From positions 1 through 64,000 of the forward strand of contig JAVYWK010000006.1 in NCBI GenBank assembly GCA_038727095.1: a stretch of DNA of 64,000 bases. The letters are read 5' to 3'. A model generated the notes under the pieces. That model ran no database searches. It worked only from the letters and a program-made list of their open reading frames with translations, and was not told the DNA's origin. Shown here piece by piece: positions 18,017 through 26,729 of this stretch. Numbering within the stretch: position 1 is the stretch's first letter; every line of letters begins with the position of its first letter. The translations under genes were made by a program, and so were the position numbers. This stretch comes from Thermofilaceae archaeon. GTDB taxonomy: Archaea > Thermoproteota > Thermoprotei > Thermofilales > Thermofilaceae.

Positions 18017-18807
18017 ATTCTCAAGCGCGAAATGACCGTATCCGCTAACCCTCCTGCTGCAACGGCTATCCCGACACTTAATACTCCCGCTATGCCTATA
18101 GAGATCGAGATCCAAGCTGCGAACTCTCCCATCACTTTCGCATCACTGACGACCTCGTTTACCGCTCCGGCAAAGTATTGAGCTATTCCAGAGAGAGGAA
18201 TTCCGATGTATTTGAACTTTAACGCCTGAGAATTCTCCAAGAAGTAGGGTGCTGCAGCTCCTACAACCACTTCAAGGCTTGCTATGCTCACGGCCAGAGA
18301 AGCCCCTAGCCTCCTCACCCTGCTAACGCCTGCCAACACTACCCCTAGGCTTGAAAGCGAAGATCCAAAAAACTCGCAAAAGCGAGCCGCGATTAAGAGT
18401 GTGCTTGAGAGGGCCACGAGATAACTTGTAAAAATATTTGCTAGGCTACTAGCCGCGTACCATGTTGAGGCAAGAGGTGAGAGGATGCCCGTCAGCGTAA
18501 GATCCCGTGCAACGTTTGCTAGATCCATTACGTAACTCGTGTAACGGTCCCTAGCGGCTGCGTAGAAGGCTGCAGCAGTACTGGGCTCAAGGTAACTTAT
18601 TCCAAAGGCTCCCACTAGAAGAGGTGCCGATACTAAGATGGAGGCTAGGATCACACCCGTTACGCAGGATTCTATAGCACTGTATATGACCTCGTAGCCT
18701 CTTGCTTTATGCTGAGGCGAAGGTAGATTAAGGAGCCAAGCTCCGTAGGCCAGCTCAGCCGCAACTACGGTTGTTGCGATAGCGTAGGGGAGAAAACTAA
18801 TCGTCAT
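18013..18807 (-). CDS. CedA/TedA-like membrane protein
   Basis: About six TMs; VSRVRRLGASL motif shared with the downstream gene; sits in operon with VirB4-like ATPase. Confidence 0.62.
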   Translation of the reverse strand: MTISFLPYAIATTVVAAELAYGAWLLNLPSPQHKARGYEVIYSAIESCVTGVILASILVSAPLLVGAFGISYLEPSTAAAFYAAARDRYTSYVMDLANVARDLTLTGILSPLASTWYAASSLANIFTSYLVALSSTLLIAARFCEFFGSSLSSLGVVLAGVSRVRRLGASLAVSIASLEVVVGAAAPYFLENSQALKFKYIGIPLSGIAQYFAGAVNEVVSDAKVMGEFAAWISISIGIAGVLSVGIAVAAGGLADTVISRLRI

Positions 18808-18814
18808 ATCTACC

Positions 18815-19207
18815 TCAGGGCCTACTGAAAATCTCGTTCCAGTTTACGGCAAAGGGTGTTCCCTGTGGTAGCAACCCAATTGCCACCAGTATATCCGGCA
18901 ACCAGGCTGCGAAAGCTAGCGCAATTAACCAATAGAGGGGACCTTCAAGCGCTTCTATGAGCTCTCTTTGCGCTGTGGCAGTTGATAACGCGCCTCCCAG
19001 TTGTTTTCTTAGTACTGCAAGCGCGCTTTTTATGAAAGCTGTTACAAAAATTAGTATGCCCGTCGCCGTCACCGTTATTTTGACTGCTAAAACCGAGTAG
19101 TTTCTTACTGTATCCCAATTCACGGTAGGCCCTTGCGCCTGAACAAGTTCGGTATAGAGAACGACTGTAGTAAGGAGAATGGATATGATTTTGCTATATT
19201 TTGTCAT
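18815..19207 (-). CDS. VirB2-like conjugative-type pilin (TedC/CedA1-like); start probably ATG at 19207
   Basis: Class I signal peptide (MTKYSKIISILLTTVVLYTELVQA|Q) followed by two hydrophobic helices; first gene of the VirB6/VirB4-like operon. Confidence 0.65.
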   Translation of the reverse strand: MTKYSKIISILLTTVVLYTELVQAQGPTVNWDTVRNYSVLAVKITVTATGILIFVTAFIKSALAVLRKQLGGALSTATAQRELIEALEGPLYWLIALAFAAWLPDILVAIGLLPQGTPFAVNWNEIFSRP

Positions 19208-19348
19208 CGCATGACACCCTTCCTCACTCCTCCTACTCCTACCACTCATATGAATCCGCGCACAGAGTTGATCTAAAATTAATTTTAATCTTGCGCCAAC
19301 AGATGAATGAAAGTAATCACCTAGCATTCCACAATGCGGACACGAAAG

Positions 19349-19678
19349 TCATACTCTTCGAATAATGACGGTAAAGTTAATGTGTGAAATCGTCAGCCGA
19401 AACTTGCCGCTAAATAGAGTAGTTTTGTTAGCTACTGGTATTTTTACAGCTATGTTACACCCATCATGGAAAAGTCCTGTTTCGTTCACCACTACCCGGT
19501 CGAGAGTGAATGTGTCCACCACCCACCCCCTCGACTGGTTCACCGCGAGTGCTGCCGCTGCGAGCCTTCTCGCCTCGCTGCAGTAGTCCGGCTGCTGCCT
19601 CAGCCTCGCCGCCGATAGCGCCGCGAGGACCGCGGCCGCAACCGCCAAGTATAGGAGGAGCCTCTCCACCTCAGCCAC
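19349..19678 (-). CDS. Minor pilin-like protein
   Basis: N-terminal hydrophobic helix preceded by Glu, Cys pair, beta-rich C-terminus, N-glycosylation sequons. Confidence 0.55.
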   Translation of the reverse strand: MAEVERLLLYLAVAAAVLAALSAARLRQQPDYCSEARRLAAAALAVNQSRGWVVDTFTLDRVVVNETGLFHDGCNIAVKIPVANKTTLFSGKFRLTISHINFTVIIRRV

Positions 19679-20123
19679 CCTTTCGCGCTCCTCTCTCGCT
19701 TCGCTGGGGGTAGTAGGTGCCCATGTAGTAGAAGTCGTCCCTCCCCATCCTCCTGAGGAGCGTGATGAACACCTCTACATCGTCGGTGAGGCGGAATTTG
19801 AAGCCCGCAGGAGCGTAGTCTCTCGCGTGAACCTCGGCGTAGTAGAAGCCCTTCGGCAGCACCACCTCGAGCCGGCAGTACCTTGCCCCCCGATCCCGCC
19901 TCGCCCTCCCGGTGTAGGCGAGCCAGGCGGGCATCTCCCAGTCGTCGTACTCCGGGAACTCCTCCTCGAGCTTCTTCACCACCTCCTCCCACTTCCTCCT
20001 CACCTCCTCCGGAGTCCCCTCAACGGGCTCGAGGAACCAGATCTTCACCCAGGTTCTCTTCGGCCTGGATTCGAAACCCACTTCGAGGCGTAAGCGGGCG
20101 TACCCCTCCCGCACCCTAACCAC
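19671..20123 (-). CDS. Hypothetical cytoplasmic protein
   Basis: Overlaps both neighbouring genes in operon fashion; host-like codon usage. Confidence 0.6.
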   Translation of the reverse strand: MVRVREGYARLRLEVGFESRPKRTWVKIWFLEPVEGTPEEVRRKWEEVVKKLEEEFPEYDDWEMPAWLAYTGRARRDRGARYCRLEVVLPKGFYYAEVHARDYAPAGFKFRLTDDVEVFITLLRRMGRDDFYYMGTYYPQRSERGARKGG

Positions 20124-20838
20124 CCCTGTGGTGCACTGGGACTATCACGCCCCACTCGTCCCTCAGCTTGTAGACGTAAAAAGCTGCCGGAGCTGGAGGG
20201 GGCCCCGGCGGCGGGGGGATCGCGGCGGAGAAATCCCTCGGAACAGCGATTAGCCACTCGCAGCTTGAAGGATCGAACGATAGGAAGTCCGCATACCCTT
20301 GGGGGTCCGCGAGCTTGGGGCAGAGGCTCGCGTTGAAGAAGGGCGTGGTGTAGCTGTTGCTGTACCTCAACCGAACCTTCACCATCGTTACGGTCTTCAG
20401 GGAGCCGCTGACCACTACAGTCTTCGTGTAGGTGCCCTCCTCCCCCAAGCCCTCCACCCTCGCGTAGTAGGCCACGTACTCAGCCCCCACTGGTGTAGCG
20501 AGCGCAAACTTCAGCCCGTACTCAGTCACCCAGCCCTGCCCGCTCCTCACCGTCCTGTTCAAGAGGTTGTCCGCGGCGCAGGGCGAGAACGTAGGATACA
20601 TGCGGAGCGGCTCACTCCGATTGAAGCCGGCGAGGATGGTGAGCAGGCTCTGCATCCTGCTACAGTCGCAAGCTCCGGAGAAGCACGTTCTCGCCAGGTG
20701 GATGAGTTGAGCGGCCTGCAGGTGGCCGCGCTCGTACGCCACGTAGGGGTTCGGGGTCCTTATCGCGGCCAGCGCGATCAGCGTTGCTGCGAGTATAATG
20801 ACGCCGATCAACGCGAGCTGACCCCTCCTCTTCCTCAC
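20116..20838 (-). CDS. Minor type IV pilin with class III signal peptide; start probably GTG at 20838
   Basis: MRKRRG|QLALIGVIILAATLIALAA class III signal peptide; Cys-rich globular domain. Confidence 0.7.
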   Translation of the reverse strand: MRKRRGQLALIGVIILAATLIALAAIRTPNPYVAYERGHLQAAQLIHLARTCFSGACDCSRMQSLLTILAGFNRSEPLRMYPTFSPCAADNLLNRTVRSGQGWVTEYGLKFALATPVGAEYVAYYARVEGLGEEGTYTKTVVVSGSLKTVTMVKVRLRYSNSYTTPFFNASLCPKLADPQGYADFLSFDPSSCEWLIAVPRDFSAAIPPPPGPPPAPAAFYVYKLRDEWGVIVPVHHRGG

Positions 20839-20849
20839 TCCCACACCAC

Positions 20850-21173
20850 CTACGGCGTAGCGCATACTCTCACGACCCTGTAGCCCGCGGGCTCGAAGAA
20901 GACCACAGCGTAGCAGATCGCTGTCCCCCCAGCCCCCTCTTTGCCAGCCTTCAACTCTCCGTCAACGTAGACCGCGGCCGCGTGCTCCCCCAGAGCCTGC
21001 TGGATTAGGTTCGTGAGCTCGTCTGTATCCCTCGCGTTGAGAAGTGCCCAGGCTAGAGCCCTCTGAGCTGAGGCGTGGTGCACCGGAGCAGCCTGCTGAG
21101 CCGTCAGCGAGACCATGTAGACCGCCGCCACTGCGAACACCAGCCCGATCGCGGCAGCCTCCAAGTGCCTCAT
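20850..21173 (-). CDS. Minor pilin-like protein
   Basis: MRHLEAAAIGLVFAVAAV N-terminal helix; C-terminal CYA motif also seen in 29618..29935. Confidence 0.55.
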   Translation of the reverse strand: MRHLEAAAIGLVFAVAAVYMVSLTAQQAAPVHHASAQRALAWALLNARDTDELTNLIQQALGEHAAAVYVDGELKAGKEGAGGTAICYAVVFFEPAGYRVVRVCATP

Positions 21174-21187
21174 CGAGTTGAAAACCG
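21171..21187. repeat. Left copy of 17-bp imperfect inverted repeat
   Basis: CATCGAGTTGAAAACCG; reverse complement of 29400-29416 is CATCAAGCTGAAAACCG (15/17). Confidence 0.5.
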
Positions 21188-21204
21188 GCTGAAGTATTTA
21201 TTGC

Positions 21205-21453
21205 TTACCGCTGAACGAGCTCTGCTAGAAGCACCCCCTCCCCCTGAGAGCCCGCCAGCCGCTCGATCTCGGGGCCGTGGAGCACCCTGTCGCCAGCCAC
21301 GAGGACCGGGGGCTTGGCGCCGTACTCCAGCAGCAGCCAGCCGAGGAGCTCGTAGCCTACAACGACCCTCCTGTACCTCAGCTTCGCGCGCTGGAGCAGC
21401 CCCTCGATCCTTTTCGACTCCTCGCCCTCATCGACGTAGAGGGTTGGCTCCAC
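21205..21453 (-). CDS. Glutaredoxin-fold protein lacking CxxC
   Basis: TLYV-DEGEES-KRIEGLL and KPPVLVAGDRVLHG match the Grx topology (cis-Pro strand, G-D turn) with no Cys. Confidence 0.55.
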   Translation of the reverse strand: MEPTLYVDEGEESKRIEGLLQRAKLRYRRVVVGYELLGWLLLEYGAKPPVLVAGDRVLHGPEIERLAGSQGEGVLLAELVQR

Positions 21454-21502
21454 GAGTGAAAAGCGGGCTCAGGAATTTATACTCATCCCGCGCTGTACTT
21501 CC

Positions 21503-22012
21503 GTGGAGGTCTTCAAGGTTCACAAGGGCGGGGGCGAGCTGGTCCTCGTCGCGGGCGAAGCGTGCGGCGAGCTGAGCCAGTTCTACATCCTCTGCCTCTC
21601 CCCGCGCTGCTCCCTTGTCGCGAAGAGGGATGGGCTGGTCTACGCCTACAGGCTGCTCGACCCCGCCGAGTCTCGGGAGGTGCGGGCCCTGCTGGAGCGC
21701 TTGAGGAATAACGGGTTGAGCGCGGGCGATGTTCGAGCGCTAGTGGCCTCTCTGCTCTCCGCGGGCTGCGCAGAGTGGGGTAGGCGGGACATGCCCGTCT
21801 ACCGCTTCGCCTCAACGGTGGTTGAGGTTTCACCGCCCCGCAGGCCGAGGCGCTTGCTGGTTAAGACCGCCAGCCCGAGGGTTGTTGAAGCGCTGCGGGA
21901 GATGGGGGCGTGCTGGATGCCCCTCCACAGGGCGTGGCTGGTTGAGGCCGTGGACTGGCGCGGCACGGTCGAGAGGATCAGGGGGCTGGCCGAACGGGGG
22001 CAACAATCTTAG
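21503..22012 (+). CDS. Hypothetical protein with C-terminal HARP/DUF5710-like motif
   Basis: ALREMGACWMPLHRAWLV resembles the lk.lGarWdp..k.W.v pattern. Confidence 0.5.
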   Translation: MEVFKVHKGGGELVLVAGEACGELSQFYILCLSPRCSLVAKRDGLVYAYRLLDPAESREVRALLERLRNNGLSAGDVRALVASLLSAGCAEWGRRDMPVYRFASTVVEVSPPRRPRRLLVKTASPRVVEALREMGACWMPLHRAWLVEAVDWRGTVERIRGLAERGQQS

Positions 22013-22068
22013 CGGGCTGCACATAGCTTTGGGGTCGCGCTAGGATTAAATAGCATTTTGCGTACGTT

Positions 22069-23541
22069 GTGGTGATGAGGAGGGTCATACTAGCTGTAAG
22101 CGTAGCGGTGCTGGCGGCTGCTGTAGCGCTCCTCTTTCACTTCAGAGGGCTGCAGGGCGTGGGAGCCGCGGGCCAAGGCACCGGTCAAGGGAGCGCGAAG
22201 ATCACCTACCTGCTGAGGCTTGAGGTGGAGGGTGCTGGCAGGCTGCTGGTGAACGGTTCTTCGCAGAGCATCGTGGAGTCCACGAGGCCCTTCACCGCTC
22301 TAGTCGAGGCCGTTCCTGACGCGTGCTATGTTTTGAGGCGGCTGCTCGTGAACGGAACACCGGTTGAGGGCTCCAGGGTTTTGCTCGAGGTTGGGGGTAA
22401 CACGACTGTGAGGGCGGTCTTCGAGAGGCCGGTTTACACCGTCATGATCGAGGGGAACGCGACGGGTGCCGGCGTGGAGGTGAATGGCACCGAGCACAGT
22501 CTTCCGGCCCTGCTCACCGTTAAAGCCTGCGAGGTGCTCACTGTGACGCCGGTGGCTCCTCCGCGCTACTACCCGCTCAACGGGTCCCTGACGATCAACG
22601 TCACCGGCGACGCGAGGCTGAGGCTCCTCTTCAGGAGGTGGCTGGTGAAGCTCAGCCTCCAGAACCTCGCGTACCCGGCGAGGGTGAACAACGCCCTCTA
22701 CAACGGGAGCGCGGAGCTCGAGCTCGCCGCTGGTAGTGTCAGGGTGGAGACGCTGAGGGCAAGGTGCCTGCTCCACAACGACACCCACCTAGTCTGCCCG
22801 GCCGGCTGGCTAGCGAGGCTGGTGGACTGGAGCCTCAACGGCACTACGGAGCTGGAGCTCCCCGGCAACTTCACCCTCAACCTGCTCGGAGACACGGTGC
22901 TCGAGCAGAGGGTCTCCTACCTGAAGCTGAGGGACCCCGTCGTCAGAGTGCAGGTGCAGACGCCCAGCGGCCCCTTCACCGCCAGAGCGATCCCCGGCAG
23001 CCGGTGGGTCGGCGAGTACATCGCCTGGATCTACTCCGGGAAAGTCGAGGCGGTTGAGGGGGGTTGGTTGAAGCTGGAGGGGCACGCCGTCATCGCCTTC
23101 CTCGAGCTGCCGAAGGGCTGGGGTAGGGTCAGAGTCTACGCGAAGAGGGTCTCCCCCCTCGGGAGCAAGGACACGTACATTGAGGTTGTCCTGAGGAACG
23201 ACGTGGTCTACCACAGCTTCGGTGTGGCTCTGCCGCCCACCTGCTTCTCCCGGGGTGCGGGCTACGACCGGCTCGAGAGCTACACGGTGCTCACCATCGA
23301 CAGCGGCGTGATGGACCTGGGCGGGAGGTGCATCATATGCAGCTGGCTGCTGGACGAGGCGAAGAAGTTCTTCAGGGTGGAGCAGGCCTGGTGCAACACC
23401 GAGCCCGAGTGCTGCAAGGTGGAGTGGTCGGAGAGCGGGCCGGGCACGAAAACCTTCAGCGACGTTGAAGCGGGCTGGCTCCACATAGCCACGGAGGGGA
23501 CGCTCCTCATCAAGGTGGAGGTCGTCGAGTGGAGGAGGTAG
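22069..23541 (+). CDS. Membrane-anchored surface protein with Ig-like/B-repeat-type domains
   Basis: N-terminal TM, repeated VNG...V.AVP..Y....L.V.GNTTVRAVF modules, many NxS/T sequons. Confidence 0.7.
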   Translation: MVMRRVILAVSVAVLAAAVALLFHFRGLQGVGAAGQGTGQGSAKITYLLRLEVEGAGRLLVNGSSQSIVESTRPFTALVEAVPDACYVLRRLLVNGTPVEGSRVLLEVGGNTTVRAVFERPVYTVMIEGNATGAGVEVNGTEHSLPALLTVKACEVLTVTPVAPPRYYPLNGSLTINVTGDARLRLLFRRWLVKLSLQNLAYPARVNNALYNGSAELELAAGSVRVETLRARCLLHNDTHLVCPAGWLARLVDWSLNGTTELELPGNFTLNLLGDTVLEQRVSYLKLRDPVVRVQVQTPSGPFTARAIPGSRWVGEYIAWIYSGKVEAVEGGWLKLEGHAVIAFLELPKGWGRVRVYAKRVSPLGSKDTYIEVVLRNDVVYHSFGVALPPTCFSRGAGYDRLESYTVLTIDSGVMDLGGRCIICSWLLDEAKKFFRVEQAWCNTEPECCKVEWSESGPGTKTFSDVEAGWLHIATEGTLLIKVEVVEWRR

Positions 23542-23574
23542 GGAATAAATACTAGCTCTTCTCTTTCTCTCCGC

Positions 23575-26091
23575 GTGAGCGGGCTGAAGCTGCTAGCCCT
23601 GCTAGCGCTGCTGGCACTGGCACTGCTGACCGCGACCGCTCTCGCCGAGAGCAAAACCTGCCAGGACAGCAAGGAGAGCGAGCACGTCTGGGAAACAACG
23701 GATAATGTCAAGCAGCGTACCGTCTCTAAGACGGCGTCGTACAGTTGCTCGGTGAATGTTGTGGGTGGTGGGAGGGTGGCTGTTGGGGGCTCTTTCCAGG
23801 TCAGCGCTACCGTCTACGATGCTACTGGCTACGCGCAGTGGGACTACTATGTGGGGACGAGCCACTCGGTGGGGGGTCTCGGCTGGAGCTTCAGCGACAG
23901 CAGCGGCGACCAGACAGTGCTCACGCGGACGTCGACCAGCAAGGTAGTCTGGCACTCGGGGAGTGAGAGGAGCTTCAACTTGAACAGCTGCACAACCCTC
24001 TCCCCCAGCGGCAGCACTCCGGGCACCTCCACCATCACCGTGAGGCGCGCGGAAGCGTGGTTCCTCGTCCTCGCCAGCGCGACAGTAGAGGGGACCAGCT
24101 GCGGCTCACCGCCTCCACCGTCACCCCCGCCACCATCCCCGCCGCCCCCGTCGAGCTACACCCTCACCATCCAAGTGTACAGGGCGACCGCCAGCGGAGC
24201 TACAACCGTGCCGGCGAACGGGACCAGGGTCAGGATCGGCGGCACCACGTACACCGCCGACTCGAGCGGCAGGGTCCAAGTTACGCTGCAGCAGGGGAGC
24301 TACAGCGTCGAGATCCTCGAGACCTACTACGGCCCCACTCTGACGGTGGGAGGGCTGACAACGAACTGGCGGCGCTACCGGTTCTGGAAGTGGAGCGATG
24401 AGAGCACCAGCAACCCGAGAGACGTCAGCTTGAGCAGCGACACCACTCTCACGGCCTACGTCTGGGACGAGAGGGCTCTGCTGGTCCGGTGGGAGCCCCA
24501 CTTCAACGGCGACGCTTGGGGCGTCGCGTTCGCGACGAGCGGGGCGCGCATAACCTACGACACCGTAGTATGGCTGAAGAGGGGTCAGACCGTCCAGCTC
24601 CTACCGGTAGAGGCTGGAGGCGCGATCTTCACCTACTGGCGCGTCGGCACCGAGTGCTACAGGGGTCAGCCCTACAGCAGCGACCCCCTGCTCACGCTGA
24701 CGGTGGGCGATAGGGGCCTGTCCGCGATCGCGGTCTTCAGGCTCGCGGCGACGAACCAGACGATGCTCCCGCCGGGCGCCGGTATGGTCAACCCGGTCAC
24801 CTACATCCCCGGAGCAACGATGGGGGGTGAGGAGCGGATGGGAAAGAGGGGCTGGTGGCTGATGACCGTCACCCACGTCCCGACGGGCAAGACCTCGCCT
24901 GACGAAGCGGGCGTCGACGGGAGGGCCTGGATCTACGCCCTGATAGTGAACGAGAACGGGAGCAGCAGGTGGGTTCCTGTAACAGGCGTCTGGAGGCTGC
25001 ACCTGGCGCAGGACTGGTCTCAAACCCTCTCCAGGCACGTTAAAGATCTGCCTGGGGGTGTGAAGATCATCGAGTGGAACCGGAGCACGGTCGCAGGGTT
25101 CCCCAAGATCCAGGATCCGCAGGAGTGGAGGGAGTGGTACTTCGTCACTCTCTCGGCCTGGGATCCGCTGGTCTACGAGGAGCTCGGAGGGAGCTACGAC
25201 ACCAGCGGCTTGTGGCTCGCCAACGGCAGTACCCTGGCTCTGTACAACATCACCTTCGCGTACATGGGCGTCTCCGGGAACCGGGTGGAGTACGTCTACT
25301 GGCAGCCCATCGCGGTCTCCACCCTGACCTTCAGGGCTGAGGCACGCTACACCCTGACGGAGCATGAAGCCGCGCCGCCCGGTAGGCGCAGCATCCTCAT
25401 GAGCATCTACGTGAACGCAACCTGGAAGTACGTGCCGCCCCAGTACTGGCAGCTCCTCGGCTTTAGGGTTCATGCTCCGCAGCTCGGCTTCCTCGCCTCC
25501 CTCGAGGAGCCCGGTTGCACCGGCACCTTCTGCATCGGCTACTGGGCCCCGCCCTCGCAGGCCGGCTCGACCTGGAGGCTGTACGTCATCGGCCTCGGCG
25601 ACACGGAGGACTTCTACGCGAAGCCGTACCCGAGGGGCCTGCTCGGCGGCGACGGCTACAGCAGCGTGAGGGAGTTCAGGATCTCGATGAGGTGGATGGG
25701 CGCCGGCGGCAGGCCGTCGACCCTCGTCTGGGGCAGCGATAGGGTTACATTCAAGCTGGCGCCAGCCTCGGTGTACAAGCTGGAGTGGACCGACCCCCGA
25801 GGCCCCTTCACGGTGACGTGGGGCTGCTTCGCCCAGGGGCCCTGGGGCCTCACGCCCATCTCCTCGTACACGGCGGACTTGACGTTCGACTGGGGCGCTA
25901 CGGGTAGCACGCACCCGCTTAAAGGCACGCAGCGCTTCAACGGTGTTACCTCACCATACACCGTGAACGTGCAGGTCCCGGCTGACGACTGGATCGCCTT
26001 CTACGTGGTACCCGCTGGGGGGAGGTACGCTATCGCGGAGGGCGAAGTAGTGCCAGTACCCGTCTTCGCCAAGTACCCGCCGAGAGGCTAG
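23575..26091 (+). CDS. Secreted adhesin-like protein with (SPPPP)3 linker
   Basis: Signal peptide, Ser/Thr-rich N-domain, SPPPPSPPPPSPPPPS linker, one copy of the repeat found three times in 26719..29007. Confidence 0.75.
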   Translation: MSGLKLLALLALLALALLTATALAESKTCQDSKESEHVWETTDNVKQRTVSKTASYSCSVNVVGGGRVAVGGSFQVSATVYDATGYAQWDYYVGTSHSVGGLGWSFSDSSGDQTVLTRTSTSKVVWHSGSERSFNLNSCTTLSPSGSTPGTSTITVRRAEAWFLVLASATVEGTSCGSPPPPSPPPPSPPPPSSYTLTIQVYRATASGATTVPANGTRVRIGGTTYTADSSGRVQVTLQQGSYSVEILETYYGPTLTVGGLTTNWRRYRFWKWSDESTSNPRDVSLSSDTTLTAYVWDERALLVRWEPHFNGDAWGVAFATSGARITYDTVVWLKRGQTVQLLPVEAGGAIFTYWRVGTECYRGQPYSSDPLLTLTVGDRGLSAIAVFRLAATNQTMLPPGAGMVNPVTYIPGATMGGEERMGKRGWWLMTVTHVPTGKTSPDEAGVDGRAWIYALIVNENGSSRWVPVTGVWRLHLAQDWSQTLSRHVKDLPGGVKIIEWNRSTVAGFPKIQDPQEWREWYFVTLSAWDPLVYEELGGSYDTSGLWLANGSTLALYNITFAYMGVSGNRVEYVYWQPIAVSTLTFRAEARYTLTEHEAAPPGRRSILMSIYVNATWKYVPPQYWQLLGFRVHAPQLGFLASLEEPGCTGTFCIGYWAPPSQAGSTWRLYVIGLGDTEDFYAKPYPRGLLGGDGYSSVREFRISMRWMGAGGRPSTLVWGSDRVTFKLAPASVYKLEWTDPRGPFTVTWGCFAQGPWGLTPISSYTADLTFDWGATGSTHPLKGTQRFNGVTSPYTVNVQVPADDWIAFYVVPAGGRYAIAEGEVVPVPVFAKYPPRG

Positions 26092-26135
26092 CGCTAAACA
26101 GCGCTAAACAAATAAATACGATCATTTTTCTCTTC

Positions 26136-26729
26136 TTGAGGAGCCTAATGGTGCCTCTGAAGTACCTGCTAATCGCTCTAGCCTTGGTGGCCGCCACAGG
26201 CCTAGTTACAGCCTTCCTGCAGAGGGTCTTCACGAGGAGCGAGCCGCTAATGGGCTGGGAGGACGCGCTGGAGCTCCGCAGAGCGTTGAGCGCTGGTAGG
26301 GCTTCGCTCACCTTCACCGCCTACGCCGCCGAGCTCCCCTTCACGGTGAACGTGACGCTCGACGGCAGGCTGTACTGGCTCCCCCTGAGGAGGGTGCTGG
26401 TCTACTTCAGGGCCCGGGACGCCCCCGTGTTTGAGGAGCCCCTGCTGCAGCTTTGGCGCGCTTGGGGCAACGGGACGCACGCTGGCGCAGCCTCAGCCCT
26501 GGATATCAGCGACGACGGCTCAACCATCTACATCAAGTACCTGGCCTTGAGCAGCGGTTTCCCGAGTAGGGGTAGCAGCTTCTGCCTGGGGCAGGGTGCC
26601 GAGGATCCCAGCTACGGTTTCTCCTCCCAATCGGGCGGCAGGGTGGACGTGCTGGGCGCGAGCTACGAGTGGAGCGGCCGGAGGCTGGTGAAGGTTGTCA
26701 AGATAGAGGTGGTCCAGTGTGGCGGTTGA
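26136..26729 (+). CDS. Pilin-like membrane-anchored protein (start may be ATG at 26148)
   Basis: Single N-terminal hydrophobic helix, beta-rich body; overlaps next gene. Confidence 0.55.
   Translation: MRSLMVPLKYLLIALALVAATGLVTAFLQRVFTRSEPLMGWEDALELRRALSAGRASLTFTAYAAELPFTVNVTLDGRLYWLPLRRVLVYFRARDAPVFEEPLLQLWRAWGNGTHAGAASALDISDDGSTIYIKYLALSSGFPSRGSSFCLGQGAEDPSYGFSSQSGGRVDVLGASYEWSGRRLVKVVKIEVVQCGG

Noticed and set aside
24601-25914. 437-aa minus-strand ORF, and similar ones such as 22810..23484, 20299..20883 and 48982..49707
   Set aside because: Antisense shadows of real GC-rich genes with no recognisable motifs
26090-26110. Tandem AGCGCTAAAC x2 after the adhesin stop codon
   Set aside because: Only two 10-bp units; compatible with simple slippage and no function is supportable
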